Assembly (NCBI GenBank): GCA_019038625.1
Contig: JAHOYU010000078.1
Span: 1,687-65,686 of the forward strand
DNA: 64,000 nt
Direction: 5' to 3'
DNA from: Candidatus Latescibacterota bacterium
GTDB lineage: Bacteria; Krumholzibacteriota; Krumholzibacteriia; Krumholzibacteriales; Krumholzibacteriaceae
Shown: piece by piece, positions 1-10,400 of the stretch
Layout of the letters: each line of letters opens with the position of its first letter
How positions within the stretch are numbered: position 1 is the first letter of the stretch
The notes under the pieces: generated by a model
What the model was told of the DNA's origin: nothing
Database searches by the model: none
Seen by the model: only the letters and a program-made list of their open reading frames with translations
Translations under genes and position numbers: made by a program

Positions 1-6
1 GGACAT

Positions 7-480
7 ATGAAGATGTGGAGGAAGGGTCGCAAGAAAGTGACGAAGCAGGCTACCGAGATCGCTGCGGTCGAATTCAATGGAACAGCAGACATGTCGATCT
101 GTATTCCCATGGCCGAGGTAAAGACTTCCCTGGGCAAAGAGGGCGTAATGCTCGTAGATGTCAGGGATCCCGAAGAATATGCCGGCGAGAAGGGCATTAC
201 CGAGCGGAAGGGTCATCTTCCCGGAGCGGTCCGGTTCGATTTCAACAGTATCCTCAATGCTGATGGAACGGTAAAGAGCAAGGACGAGCTTGCGGCGCTG
301 TTTACGGCGGCTGGAATCGTATCTGGCAATCAGAACATCCTCTACTGTGACACAAGCATAAGAGCAGGAATGATCTACATGGTCCTTAACGCTATTCTGG
401 AATATCCGAATGTGAGGGTATATGACGGCGCCATGTCTGAATGGGCAGCCGACCCGGCAAATCCTCTCGATAAGGGTTAA
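7..480 (+). CDS. Rhodanese-domain sulfurtransferase (single domain); may extend upstream of the window
   Basis: Rhodanese-like fold with a putative active-site Cys loop 'YCDTSIRAG' near the C-terminus; ~157 aa. First of a sulfur-relay trio. Confidence 0.65.
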   Translation: MKMWRKGRKKVTKQATEIAAVEFNGTADMSICIPMAEVKTSLGKEGVMLVDVRDPEEYAGEKGITERKGHLPGAVRFDFNSILNADGTVKSKDELAALFTAAGIVSGNQNILYCDTSIRAGMIYMVLNAILEYPNVRVYDGAMSEWAADPANPLDKG

Positions 481-503
481 GACCGGTTCTGAAAGGAGTT
501 CTT

Positions 504-863
504 ATGAGCAAGATGGCAATGACCATAAACGGCGCGAAAGCTGACAACATTTTCCCGGCGATAACGCTGGCGGTGTCCGCGGCAGCTACCGGCGACGAAG
601 TGATCATCTACTTCACCCCCGGCGGAGCCCCGATCCTTGTCAAAGGCGCGATGGAAAAGCTGAACGAAGAGACGGCGAACATGCCGGATCTCATGGAGAT
701 GATGGAAGGGCTGAAAATGCTGGGCGCGCGACTTCTGATGTGTGAGCTGGCGTTGGAGGCAAACGGCATCAAAGAAGAAGATCTTATGGAGGAAGTAGAA
801 GTAGTCGGCGCAACTACATTTGTCGGAGCGGCAGATGGCGCCGGACTTACATTCTCGTTCTAG
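504..863 (+). CDS. DsrE/DsrF-like (YchN-like) sulfur-relay family protein
   Basis: ~119 aa, Gly/Ala-rich alpha/beta pattern typical of the DsrE/DsrF family with a conserved Cys ('LLMCELAL'). RBS 'GGAGTTCTT' upstream. Sits between rhodanese and TusA, as in sHdr/Dsr sulfur-trafficking loci. Confidence 0.5.
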   Translation: MSKMAMTINGAKADNIFPAITLAVSAAATGDEVIIYFTPGGAPILVKGAMEKLNEETANMPDLMEMMEGLKMLGARLLMCELALEANGIKEEDLMEEVEVVGATTFVGAADGAGLTFSF

Positions 864-889
864 ACACGATTGACAGAGAGGAGAAAATT

Positions 890-1114
890 ATGGCTGTAGT
901 ACAGCTGGACGCGATGGGGTTGAAGTGCCCCCAGCCGATACTCAAGGTAATGGCTTTGATCCCGACGCTGACCGGAGGCGAGATCCTTGAAGTAACAGCG
1001 GATTGCCCTTCGTTTCCTACGGATATCAAGGCATGGGCCGAGAAGACAGGCAAGCCCCTTCTCATGTGTTCGAGCGACGGTACTGGCAAGCATACGGCTC
1101 AGATACAGCTTTAG
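890..1114 (+). CDS. tusA: TusA-like sulfur carrier protein
   Basis: 74 aa with the N-terminal 'GLKCPQPILK' CPxP motif diagnostic of TusA/SirA; RBS 'GAGGAGAAAATT' upstream. Confidence 0.75.
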   Translation: MAVVQLDAMGLKCPQPILKVMALIPTLTGGEILEVTADCPSFPTDIKAWAEKTGKPLLMCSSDGTGKHTAQIQL

Positions 1115-1204
1115 AGAGATCGGATCAGGGGCGCTCCGAAAAGAGGAGCCTGTGGCTTCGTTATTTGGACGCCCCTTCCTTATCATCGGTTCTGGACAGG
1201 GAAG

Positions 1205-1654
1205 ATGCAGGAGATCATGGAAAATCAGGAACTGGATCAATTTAAACCAAAAATAGTCGGATTTCTGTGCAACTGGTGCACATACGCGGCAGCTGATCTC
1301 GCGGGTTCGTCGAAGATGGAGATCGATCCGGCACTCACCGTAATCAGGGTGATGTGTTCGAGCAGGGTCGACCATAATCTCGTTTTGACGACTTTTTTCA
1401 GCGGCGCAGACGGCGTGTTGATCGCAGGATGTCATCCGGGCGATTGCCACTATGGAGCTGGCAACTATTACGCGAGGCGCCGGTACGCTCTTCTGAAAAA
1501 AGTGATGGAGTCTCTTGGCCTCGAATCCGAAAGGCTGAAATTGTCATGGATCTCCGCCGCCGAGGGCAACCGCTACGCTGAAGTCGTAAACGGTTTTTCA
1601 GATAAGATCAGGCAATTGGGACCCAACCCGATCAATAAGATGTCAGGCTTATAG
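1205..1654 (+). CDS. mvhD: MvhD/FlxD-like protein (methyl-viologen-reducing hydrogenase delta subunit family), copy 1
   Basis: 'FLCNWCTYAAADLAG...VMCSSRVD...GCHPGDCHY' is the characteristic MvhD Cys pattern; ~149 aa. Confidence 0.8.
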   Translation: MQEIMENQELDQFKPKIVGFLCNWCTYAAADLAGSSKMEIDPALTVIRVMCSSRVDHNLVLTTFFSGADGVLIAGCHPGDCHYGAGNYYARRRYALLKKVMESLGLESERLKLSWISAAEGNRYAEVVNGFSDKIRQLGPNPINKMSGL

Positions 1655-1670
1655 TAAAGGTTAAGCAAAT

Positions 1671-2969
1671 ATGAGTCATTCAGAAAACGTTCTGATAATC
1701 GGAGCCGGCCTGGCCGGGATGACAGCGGCCCTTGAACTGGCACATGCCGGCAAGAAGGTCCACATTGTCGAACGGCTGCCCCTGATCGGGGGCAAGGTCA
1801 TCAAGGACGAGGAGAGTTTTCCCAATCTCGAATGTTCCACCTGTATGGTGGCGCCCGTGCAGCAGGACGTGCTGCAGAATCCTAATATCGTGACCATGAC
1901 TTTTAGTAATGTGGAAAAAATAGAGGGCGAAGCAGGTACTTTCCACGTCACAATAAAGAAGAACGCCCGTTATGTCAGTATGACCGATTGTATAGGGTGC
2001 GGGATGTGTTACGAGCCTTGTCCCGTAACGCAGAAGAACGAATGGGAAGAAAATCTCGGTGATATAAAAGCTATTTACGTTCCCTGCGCGGGTGCGCTTC
2101 CCAATGTGCCGGTCATAGATGCTCAGATCTGCCTCAAGCTCACGGGGAAAGAAGAGTGCAGTGCCTGCGCCGATTCATGCATGTTCGGAGCGATAAAGCT
2201 TGATGATACAGATGAGATTGTGGAGCTTGACGTGGGAGCGATCGTCGTCGCGACCGGAGCCGGGAACTATGATGCCACTACCCTGCCTCAGCTCGGATAC
2301 GGAAAACTTCCCGGAGTATATACGCCTTTCGAATTTGAGAGGCTTTTCGCGTCGAACGGCCCGACCCTGGGAGAATTGACCCTCCGTGACTCTGAAAAGA
2401 ATCCTGAAAAAGTAGTCATCGTACATTGTGTCGGGCGCGAGGAAGTGGGCTATTGTTCCAGCGTCTGTTGCATGTATTCGATGAAATTTGCTCATTTCAT
2501 AAAAAAGAAACTGCCCGACGCGGAGATATTCAATATCTATTCAGATGTCTGCGTGCCAGACAAAAACTATCAGAAATTCTTTAGAAAAGTAGAGGGAGCC
2601 GATACGAAGATGATCTTTTCTCCCGCGATAGACAGCGTGAAAGTGTCGGGGAACGGTTCGGGAATGAAGGTTTCCTATAGCAGTGGAGACGGGTCCGATG
2701 AATCGCTGGACGCGGACATGGTGATATTGGCTACTGCTGTCGTACCCGATCCCGAAGCCGGGACGCTGGCGGAGATGGTGGGCCTCGAGCTGGATCAGCA
2801 TGGCTTTATGGCGGTGAAGGACGATGTCGCTGGTTCAGTTGAAACATCAAGAGAGGGCCTGTTCGTCGCCGGAACTGCGGAAGGACCAAAAGACGTTCAG
2901 ACGGCTGTCATCCAGGCGGAAGCAGTAGTCGGCAGAGTGATGTCATATCTTGGGAAGGTGACCGGATGA
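1671..2969 (+). CDS. hdrA: HdrA-like FAD/Fe-S oxidoreductase (QmoA-like, first-half module of a tandem HdrA)
   Basis: N-terminal GxGxxG FAD fold 'VLIIGAGLAGMTAALELA', inserted ferredoxin 'CIGCGMCYEPCP' / 'CSACADSCMFG', and the HdrA signature 'HCVGREE..YCSSVCCMYSMK'. Stop overlaps the next start (ATGA). Confidence 0.75.
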   Translation: MSHSENVLIIGAGLAGMTAALELAHAGKKVHIVERLPLIGGKVIKDEESFPNLECSTCMVAPVQQDVLQNPNIVTMTFSNVEKIEGEAGTFHVTIKKNARYVSMTDCIGCGMCYEPCPVTQKNEWEENLGDIKAIYVPCAGALPNVPVIDAQICLKLTGKEECSACADSCMFGAIKLDDTDEIVELDVGAIVVATGAGNYDATTLPQLGYGKLPGVYTPFEFERLFASNGPTLGELTLRDSEKNPEKVVIVHCVGREEVGYCSSVCCMYSMKFAHFIKKKLPDAEIFNIYSDVCVPDKNYQKFFRKVEGADTKMIFSPAIDSVKVSGNGSGMKVSYSSGDGSDESLDADMVILATAVVPDPEAGTLAEMVGLELDQHGFMAVKDDVAGSVETSREGLFVAGTAEGPKDVQTAVIQAEAVVGRVMSYLGKVTG

Positions 2970-4651
2970 AAGCAAAAGTCGGAGTATATGTATGTGAATG
3001 CGGCCCGAACATCTCCGAGAAGATAGATATCGACAGGATACTGGAGGCTCTGCCCGGACTCGAGGAGTACAGGGATATCGAGCTTGTCGTGAAGAGATTC
3101 GGCCTGCTCTGTTCAGGAGATGGAAAAACATTTCTTGAAGATGAGATTAACAATAATGGACTTACTCATCTTGTTCTGGGCGCCTGTTCGCCCCGCGACC
3201 ATGACAAGACCTTCATCGCGGTCTGCAAGAAGACCAGCCTCAATCCGTTCCTTTACAAGATAATCAATATCCGTGAGCACTGTGCGTGGATCATTCCGGA
3301 TAAGGACCAGGCTACTGATAAGGCGATCACATACATGAGGGCTGGTATCAACAGGGTGCTGTTTCAGTCGGCTCTCATGGAGAAGAAACTCGATATCAAT
3401 CCGGATGTCATCATAGTCGGCGGCGGGATAGCGGGGATCGAAGCATCTCTTTCTCTCGCGGCAAAAGATAGAATGGTCTATCTGGTCGAAAAGGATGACC
3501 ATCTCGGCGGTAAGGCTGTTTTGTTCGGCGGACTTCTTCCCAGGCAGGGTGGAGGATCAGCAAAGATCAGAGAAAAGATAGAGAGTGTGCTCGGCAATGA
3601 CAGGATAAAGGTATACCTCGAATCGGAACTTAAAAACGTTATCGGGTTCCTCGGCAATTTCGAAGTAATGGTAGCCGGTGGGGAAGGCGGAGAGGAAAGA
3701 GAGCTCAAGGTCGGAGCGATAATAGTCGCAACGGGCAGCGGGATGTCTGATCCATCCGCTCTCGATGGCCTGAAGTATTCGGAAGCAGATGAAGTCATCA
3801 CATCCATGGACGCAGAGCGGATGTTCGCGAAAGATGGGAAGATCTCGTTGAAATCGGGTGGGGAACCAAAATCGGTTGCCCTGATCCACTGCGTAGGCAG
3901 AGAGGAAAAGGGATACTGTTCGAGGATCTGTTGCAACTATATGATGAAGATCGCTGGCTATCTGAAGGATCAGTCGGCGGATATGAGGGTCATAGAGTTT
4001 CACCGGGGGCTCTGTCTGCCGGACAAGGCTGACCAGGGATTCCAGAAAGAGACCGAAGGACGCGGGGTTGAGTTCAAGAGAGTACGGGAATTGACAATAG
4101 CAGGAACAAAAGTCAACGCTGAAGGGATGGACGGCAAGTCCGAGGCCCTCGATTTCGACCTGGTCATCCTGGCTCCTGCTCTAGAACCGTCCGAGGGAAC
4201 GGAAGGTATGGCCGAGCTTCTGGGCGTTCCATTGAGCGAGTCGGGGTATTATCAGGAGATCCACCAGACTACCAACCCGGTCGCTACATCGATCGAGGGT
4301 GTATTTGTAGTTGGAGCAGCGCACAGCCCCAAGGGTATAACGGATTCGATGCTGTTCGCGCAGGCCTCGGCGGGAAAGATACTCAGTCAGCTGATTCCAG
4401 GAGGAAAGATCACACCCGAGATCAAGGTCTCCGAGATCCTCGAAGCGTATTGCACGGGATGTGGAAATTGTCTCGATGTCTGTGTTTACGGGGCGATTTA
4501 TTACGATGAGGGTAGAGGCATATCCGTTGTCAACGAAGCGGTGTGCAGAGGTTGCGGAAACTGTTTCGGAAGCTGCCCGTCGGGCGCGCTCCGCACGAAA
4601 CATTTTACCAATACCCAGCTATACGAAGAAATGAGAGAGGCTATACGATGA
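2966..4651 (+). CDS. hdrA: HdrA-like FAD/Fe-S oxidoreductase (second-half module with HdrA N-terminal-like domain and C-terminal 2x[4Fe-4S])
   Basis: 'VGVYVCECGPNI...EHCAW' domain, second FAD site 'VIIVGGGIAGIEASLSLA', 'HCVGREEKGYCSRICCNYMMK', and C-terminal 'CTGCGNCLDVCVYG...CRGCGNCFGSCP'. With the previous gene it equals the 1019-aa fused protein at 7406. Confidence 0.7.
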   Translation: MKAKVGVYVCECGPNISEKIDIDRILEALPGLEEYRDIELVVKRFGLLCSGDGKTFLEDEINNNGLTHLVLGACSPRDHDKTFIAVCKKTSLNPFLYKIINIREHCAWIIPDKDQATDKAITYMRAGINRVLFQSALMEKKLDINPDVIIVGGGIAGIEASLSLAAKDRMVYLVEKDDHLGGKAVLFGGLLPRQGGGSAKIREKIESVLGNDRIKVYLESELKNVIGFLGNFEVMVAGGEGGEERELKVGAIIVATGSGMSDPSALDGLKYSEADEVITSMDAERMFAKDGKISLKSGGEPKSVALIHCVGREEKGYCSRICCNYMMKIAGYLKDQSADMRVIEFHRGLCLPDKADQGFQKETEGRGVEFKRVRELTIAGTKVNAEGMDGKSEALDFDLVILAPALEPSEGTEGMAELLGVPLSESGYYQEIHQTTNPVATSIEGVFVVGAAHSPKGITDSMLFAQASAGKILSQLIPGGKITPEIKVSEILEAYCTGCGNCLDVCVYGAIYYDEGRGISVVNEAVCRGCGNCFGSCPSGALRTKHFTNTQLYEEMREAIR

Positions 4652-5811
4652 ACGATTCTGCAGCACTGGGAGCGAAGACGAAGGCGGCTGACGGTCCGGG
4701 AGAGGCGATAAGAGCTTTTCTCAGGATGGCGGTGGAAAAGAAGGTCGCCGACGCGGTTCTTGTCCCGGTAAAAGTCCCGGCAGGGAATTCTTACGCATGG
4801 ATACTGGCGACAGACATGTCGATCCTTGATGAGGCCTCGCCGATAGCGCCCGTAATGCCGGTCCAGGGAGCGAAAGCTCTGAAGAGCCTGACAAGGAAAG
4901 GGCACGGCGAGCTGACTGTGATGGCCGTGATGAGGCCCTGCGAGATACGGGGGACGTTTGAGCTCCTCAAGCTCAATCAGGTGAACCTCGAGAAAGTGAT
5001 CCTGGTCAGTTACGATTGCCCGGGCGCCATTCCTTTCCGCGATTATGTGAAAGATCCGGGGGTTGGCGAAAAGAATTTTCAGGCAGTCATGTCGGCAGGT
5101 ACGCCCGCAGAGGAAAATGTCAAACCGGCCTGTATCATCTGCGACGAGTTTTCACAGGTAGACTCCGACATTCATTTCGGATGGTTCGGAGAGTCTGAAG
5201 ATTCGGTTATCGTCCTTCCGTTCAGTAATAAGGGTGGGGAAGTACTGGAATCAATGGGGATGGAATGTTCCGATGATATTTCCGACTGGAAGAAGACGGT
5301 CGCGGGGCTGAAGGAAAAGAAGACAGGGACACGGACCACTACTCTCGCCGAAACAGGCAAAAAGGTTCAGGGGCTGGATGGTCTCATGGGCACGTTCAGT
5401 GAATGTATCGGATGTCACAATTGCATGGCCGTATGTCCCATCTGTTATTGCAGACAATGTTATTTTGATTCGGAAGTCGCAAAGAAGACTTCCGATTTTA
5501 TTCTTGAGACCGCAAAAAAACGTGGTGGATTCGCATTTCCGTCTGACAGAGTGATGTTCCATACGGGCAGGATGACTCACATGAGTCTCTCCTGCGTATC
5601 CTGCGGAATGTGCACCGACGCATGCCCGGTCGATATACCTGTCGCGGAAATTTTCAGTTACATGGCCGACATCACGCAGCCGGCGTTCGAATATACTGCC
5701 GGCCGCAACGACGGAGTTCCCCTGCCACTGAGAAAATATGAGGAGAAAGAAGTGCCCCAGGTACACGAGATAGTGAAAGAAGCCGAGGGAGAGGAGGCTG
5801 CTCATGAGTAG
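4648..5811 (+). CDS. AsrA/HydB/FlxB-FlxC-family Fe-S protein (sulfhydrogenase-beta-like), copy 1
   Basis: 'CIGCHNCMAVCPICYCRQCYFD' followed by '...RVMFHTGRMTHMSLSCVSCGMCTDACP' is the AsrA-type cluster pattern. Start re-assigned to the ATG at 4648, which overlaps the upstream stop. Confidence 0.55.
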   Translation: MNDSAALGAKTKAADGPGEAIRAFLRMAVEKKVADAVLVPVKVPAGNSYAWILATDMSILDEASPIAPVMPVQGAKALKSLTRKGHGELTVMAVMRPCEIRGTFELLKLNQVNLEKVILVSYDCPGAIPFRDYVKDPGVGEKNFQAVMSAGTPAEENVKPACIICDEFSQVDSDIHFGWFGESEDSVIVLPFSNKGGEVLESMGMECSDDISDWKKTVAGLKEKKTGTRTTTLAETGKKVQGLDGLMGTFSECIGCHNCMAVCPICYCRQCYFDSEVAKKTSDFILETAKKRGGFAFPSDRVMFHTGRMTHMSLSCVSCGMCTDACPVDIPVAEIFSYMADITQPAFEYTAGRNDGVPLPLRKYEEKEVPQVHEIVKEAEGEEAAHE

Positions 5812-6901
5812 GATAGATGTACAGAAAGCTTCCTCTAAAGGATTGAAAGAGCTAATCGCCTATCTGCTCGAGAGCGGGAGAGTCTCAGCTGTATTTTCCT
5901 TGAGAAAGGATTCGAAAACCGGCTCTTATGACCTCGGCCTGATCACTGAAGAGGCCGGGATGGAAACAGCGGAACCGCTGGCGCCGGTCATGATAGCGAA
6001 CGCGGGACAGGTTCTTTCCTCCTTCGCTCCACCGGCAGAACCGATAGCCGTGGTCCTGAAGCCATGCGAACTCAGAGCCTTTATCGAAAGAGCAAAGAGG
6101 GAGCAGGGCAGCCTGGAGAATATCCTGACAATATCCATGACCTGCGGTGGAGTCCTGACGCGGGACAGGGTCGTCAGCGGATTCGACAGTGACAAGGTCG
6201 GCGATTATGAAAATCATTGTTTTGCTGGAGATATACATCCCGAGACTCGTGATACCTGCAAGGCATGTGAATATTTTGTTCCCATGAATGCCGACATAAC
6301 CGTTTCTATGGCAGGCCAGGAAGATGCCGGGACCAGGTGCCATATATATCTGAACACCGATCTGGCCAGGGAAATGGCGAAGGGGTTCGGCCCGGACCCT
6401 GCCGAAGAAGATTTCGATAGCTCGATTACCGAGGGGCTGGCATCAAAAAGGGCGGCTGAAAAAGAGAGGCTTTACGGCGCGGTGATGTCGGGCAAGGGTG
6501 GGCTGGATGCCGTTATCGATACGTTCGGAAAATGTCTGGGATGTCACGGTTGCAGCAGGGTCTGTCCGATATGTTATTGCATGATCTGTGATTTCGAATC
6601 GAGAAATTTCGATAACGACATGCCGTATTTCGAAAAAGAACTGGAGCAGAAAGGGGCGCTGAGGCTTCCTCCGGATACGATGTTCTTTCATATAGGCAGG
6701 ATGATCCACATGAGTTTTTCATGTGTAGGTTGCGGCCAGTGTTCCGATGTCTGTCCGGCTGATATCCCGGTGGCGTCAGTGTTCAAGAAGGTCGGCGAAC
6801 AGACCGCGGCGATATTCGAATATGTGCCCGGCAGGGACATCGAGGAATCGATACCTGTGATGGTGTTCAAGGAAGAAGAGTTTACAGAATTTATTGACTG
6901 A
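5804..6901 (+). CDS. AsrA/HydB/FlxB-FlxC-family Fe-S protein, copy 2
   Basis: 'CLGCHGCSRVCPICYCMICDFE ... FFHIGRMIHMSFSCVGCGQCSDVCP'; paralogous to the previous gene; ATGAGTAG overlap with the upstream stop. Confidence 0.55.
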   Translation: MSRIDVQKASSKGLKELIAYLLESGRVSAVFSLRKDSKTGSYDLGLITEEAGMETAEPLAPVMIANAGQVLSSFAPPAEPIAVVLKPCELRAFIERAKREQGSLENILTISMTCGGVLTRDRVVSGFDSDKVGDYENHCFAGDIHPETRDTCKACEYFVPMNADITVSMAGQEDAGTRCHIYLNTDLAREMAKGFGPDPAEEDFDSSITEGLASKRAAEKERLYGAVMSGKGGLDAVIDTFGKCLGCHGCSRVCPICYCMICDFESRNFDNDMPYFEKELEQKGALRLPPDTMFFHIGRMIHMSFSCVGCGQCSDVCPADIPVASVFKKVGEQTAAIFEYVPGRDIEESIPVMVFKEEEFTEFID

Positions 6902-6938
6902 TAGAAGGCGCGGATAGAAGCCGGCCGGGGAGCGGGAG

Positions 6939-7364
6939 ATGGAAAAGAAATTCGTACCAAGAATAACGAGTTTTCTCTGCACATGGTGTTCGTATACCGG
7001 TGCGGATCTGGCCGGAACGGGGAGGATGCAGTACCCGACAGCGATCATACCGATCAAGGTGATGTGCTCAAGCCGCGTGGATCCTGTTTTTATCCTCAAG
7101 GCGTATCTGAAAGGTTCCGACGGAGTGTTTCTCGGTGGCTGCCATCCAGGCGATTGTCATTACGAAGTGGGAAACTACCATACACGCAGAAGATTCGCGA
7201 TTGTGAAAAAGGTATTTGAATTGCTCGGCCTGGAATCGGAAAGGCTCCGGCTGTCATGGATATCGGCCTCTGAAGGCCCGAAGTTTGCCAGGGTGGCGAA
7301 CGAATTCACAGAAAAGATCATTGAGATGGGTGAGAACGAAGCAAAGAAAAAGATATTTCTATAG
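6939..7364 (+). CDS. mvhD: MvhD/FlxD-like protein, copy 2
   Basis: 'FLCTWCSYTGADLAG...VMCSSRVDP...GGCHPGDCHY'. Confidence 0.8.
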   Translation: MEKKFVPRITSFLCTWCSYTGADLAGTGRMQYPTAIIPIKVMCSSRVDPVFILKAYLKGSDGVFLGGCHPGDCHYEVGNYHTRRRFAIVKKVFELLGLESERLRLSWISASEGPKFARVANEFTEKIIEMGENEAKKKIFL

Positions 7365-7405
7365 CCAAACATGGCGAGTCACAGCGAAGGCTCAAGGAAG
7401 GACCG

Positions 7406-10400
7406 ATGGGTACCAAAAGGAAATCAGCACTTGTTGTAGGCGCTGGAATAGCGGGGATTCAGGCAGCTCTTGATCTTGCGGATATGGGAGTGAAAGTACA
7501 TCTCATTGAGGATACACCGACTATCGGCGGACGCATGCCGCAGCTCGATAAGACATTTCCTACAAACGACTGTTCCATGTGCATCCTTTCGCCCAAGATG
7601 AGTGAGTGTTCAAGGCATCCGAATATTACTATTCATATCCTTTCTTCTCTTGATTCGATATCGGGAGTCCCCGGTAATTTTACATGCACTATCACCGAGA
7701 GGGCGAAGTATGTCGATCCGGTCAAATGCGTGGCCTGCGGACTCTGCGAGGAAAAGTGTCCTGTCAAGATATCTGATGATTTCGACACAGGCCTGAGAAA
7801 CCGCAAGGCTATCTCGAGGTATTTTCTCCAGTCCATCCCGGCCGAATATACGATCGACGCGGAGAAGTGCCTTTACCTGACAAAAGGTGTATGCAGACTT
7901 TGCGAAAAGGTCTGTACCGCCGGCGCGATAAAATACGACGATACCGACAAGGCGATCGAACTCAAAGTCGGCGCCGTCATCATGGCTGCTGGTATAGATC
8001 CCTTCGACCCGATCGGATTCGGTCATTTCGGATATAAAAGGTACGACAATGTAGTCACCTCCCTGGAGTTTGAGAGGATGCTGTCGGCTTCCGGTCCGCT
8101 GGGAGGACACGTGGTCAGGGCCTCTGACGGGAAAGAACCAAAAAGGCTCGCGTTCATCCAGTGCGTAGGGTCGAGGGACGAGGGGATAAAGAAAAATTAC
8201 TGTTCATCGGCGTGTTGTATGTTCGCGATCAAACAGTCGATAATTGCCAGGGAACATATAAAAGATCTCGATGCCACGATCTTCTACATGGATATAAGGG
8301 CGTTCGGCAAGGATTTCGACAAGTACTATGATAAGGCCGAGAATCAGTACAACGTGAAATTCACAAGGTCGAAGGTCGCGGACATCCTCGAAAACGATGA
8401 TGGCACGCTGAGGCTGAGGCATACGCTGGAGAACGGCGAGATCCACTACGAGGAGTTCGACATGGTCGTACTCTCGATCGGCCTTCAGGCCCGGGAAGCG
8501 AACAAGGTTCTGTCGAAAGATCTGGACTTCAAACTCAACGAATTTGGTTTCTGCCGTTCGGACAGGTTCAAACCGCTTCAGACGACTCGCGAGGGGATCT
8601 TTGTCTGCGGCGCGATGAACGGGCCGAAGGATATCCCCGAGTCGGTCGTATCGGCATCGGGAGCCGTGGCCAACGCGGTGAGGTTCCTCAAGCTTGAGAG
8701 ACAGGAACTTCCCTCTGGCGAAGATGCCATACAGGAAAAAGATGTTTCAGGCGACCGGCCGCGAGTCGGCGTGTTTGTCTGCCACTGCGGGATTAATATC
8801 GCGGGTGTGGTCGACGTGAAGAACGTGGCCGAATATGCCTCGACCCTGGAAAATGTCGAGCATTCCGAAGATGTCATATATGCCTGTTCACCTGATGGCC
8901 TGGAAACGATAAAGAAAAGGATCGAGGAGCAGGGACTCAATCGGGTAGTGGTCGCGGCTTGTACGCCCAGGACTCATGAGCCTCTGTTCAGGGAGACGAT
9001 CAACGAGAAGGGGCTCAACCCCTATCTCTTTGAGATGGCCAATATACGCGATCAATGTTCATGGCCCCATATGGATCAGCCAGAACTGGCCACGACAAAA
9101 TCCCGCGACCTCGTTGAGATGGGTGTCGCGAAAGCAAGAGGGCTTACACCGTTGAAGAGGCTGCCGATAGGGATAGATCCGAAAGCCCTTGTCGTTGGTG
9201 GTGGTCTTGCAGGCATGACGGCGGCTCTGTCGCTTGCCGATGCCGGGCAGCAGGTATATCTGGTCGAGAAGGAAGCCGAGCTCGGCGGGAATATGAGAAA
9301 TATCTTTTTCAATTTCGGCGACGACCCCCAGGTCTTCTTAAAGAAATTGATCAAGCAGGTCAAGCGGCACAAGAAGATAGACGTCTTTACTGGAAGTAGG
9401 ATAGATAATATTGCTGGATACATAGGCAATTTCAAGACCACGGTGAACGGAAGTAATGGAGGGGGCTCCAGCACGGTTGATCATGGAGTCGTTATCGTAG
9501 CGACAGGCGGAGAAGAACACGAGACCGAAGAATACATGTCGGGGAAAAGCACGAGGATAGTCAGCCAGGTCGAGTTCGAGCGCATGCTCAAGGAAAACGA
9601 CTTTCCTGTCGGCAGGCTGAATAAAGTCGTGATGATCCAGTGCGTAGGTTCTAGAGAGGAAGGCCGGATGTACTGCAGCAGGGTCTGTTGTACCAAGGCG
9701 GTCAAGAACGCACTCGAATTGAAAAAACTCAAGGCGAAGGCAGACATCTACTTCGCGTACAGAGATATGAGGACTTATGGGTTCAGAGAGAAATATTACA
9801 CTGACCTCCGGGATGAAGGGGCAGTATTTCTCCGATATTCACTTGAACAGAAACCGGTCGTAAAGCTGATCGATCCGGAAGAACCCGATAGCAGGGCTAT
9901 AGTCACTGTCGTCGATCCGATCCTCGAAAAGGAAGTCGTTATCGAAGCAGATCTACTTGTCCTGGCCAAGGCGATCGACGCGCCGAAAGAGAACGAAGAG
10001 TTGGCGAAGATGCTGAAGGTCCCCCTGAACGGGGAAGGGATGTTCCTCGAGGCCCACGTGAAGCTGCGGCCTGTTGATTTTGCTACGGAAGGCGTTTTCG
10101 TATGTGGTCTGGCTCACGGGCCGAAAGATATGGACGAATCCCTCGCCCAGGCAAGGGCAGCGGCGAGCAGGGCGCTGACCTTCCTTAACAGGAAGGAGAT
10201 CCTGGCCGAGGGCACGATATGCCAGGTCCAGGAATCCCGATGCTCGGGGTGTGCCTATTGTGAATCTATATGCGCCTATTCCGCGATCGAGGTCGACCCG
10301 GAAAAGCAGATCGCCATTGTCAACGAGGCTCTCTGCAAGGGTTGTGGAGCATGCGCAGCTTCATGCCGTTGCGGGGCACTGGATTTGAGAGGGTTTACGA

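Noticed and set aside
860-1450. 196-aa minus-strand ORF overlapping tusA and mvhD
   Set aside because: Antisense to two well-supported genes; its composition is skewed to Arg/His/Cys from the reverse reading of coding DNA. Other antisense ORFs in the track were rejected for the same reason: 7610-8110, 13387-14154, 27374-28213, 28237-29007, 29468-30232 and 30353-31030.
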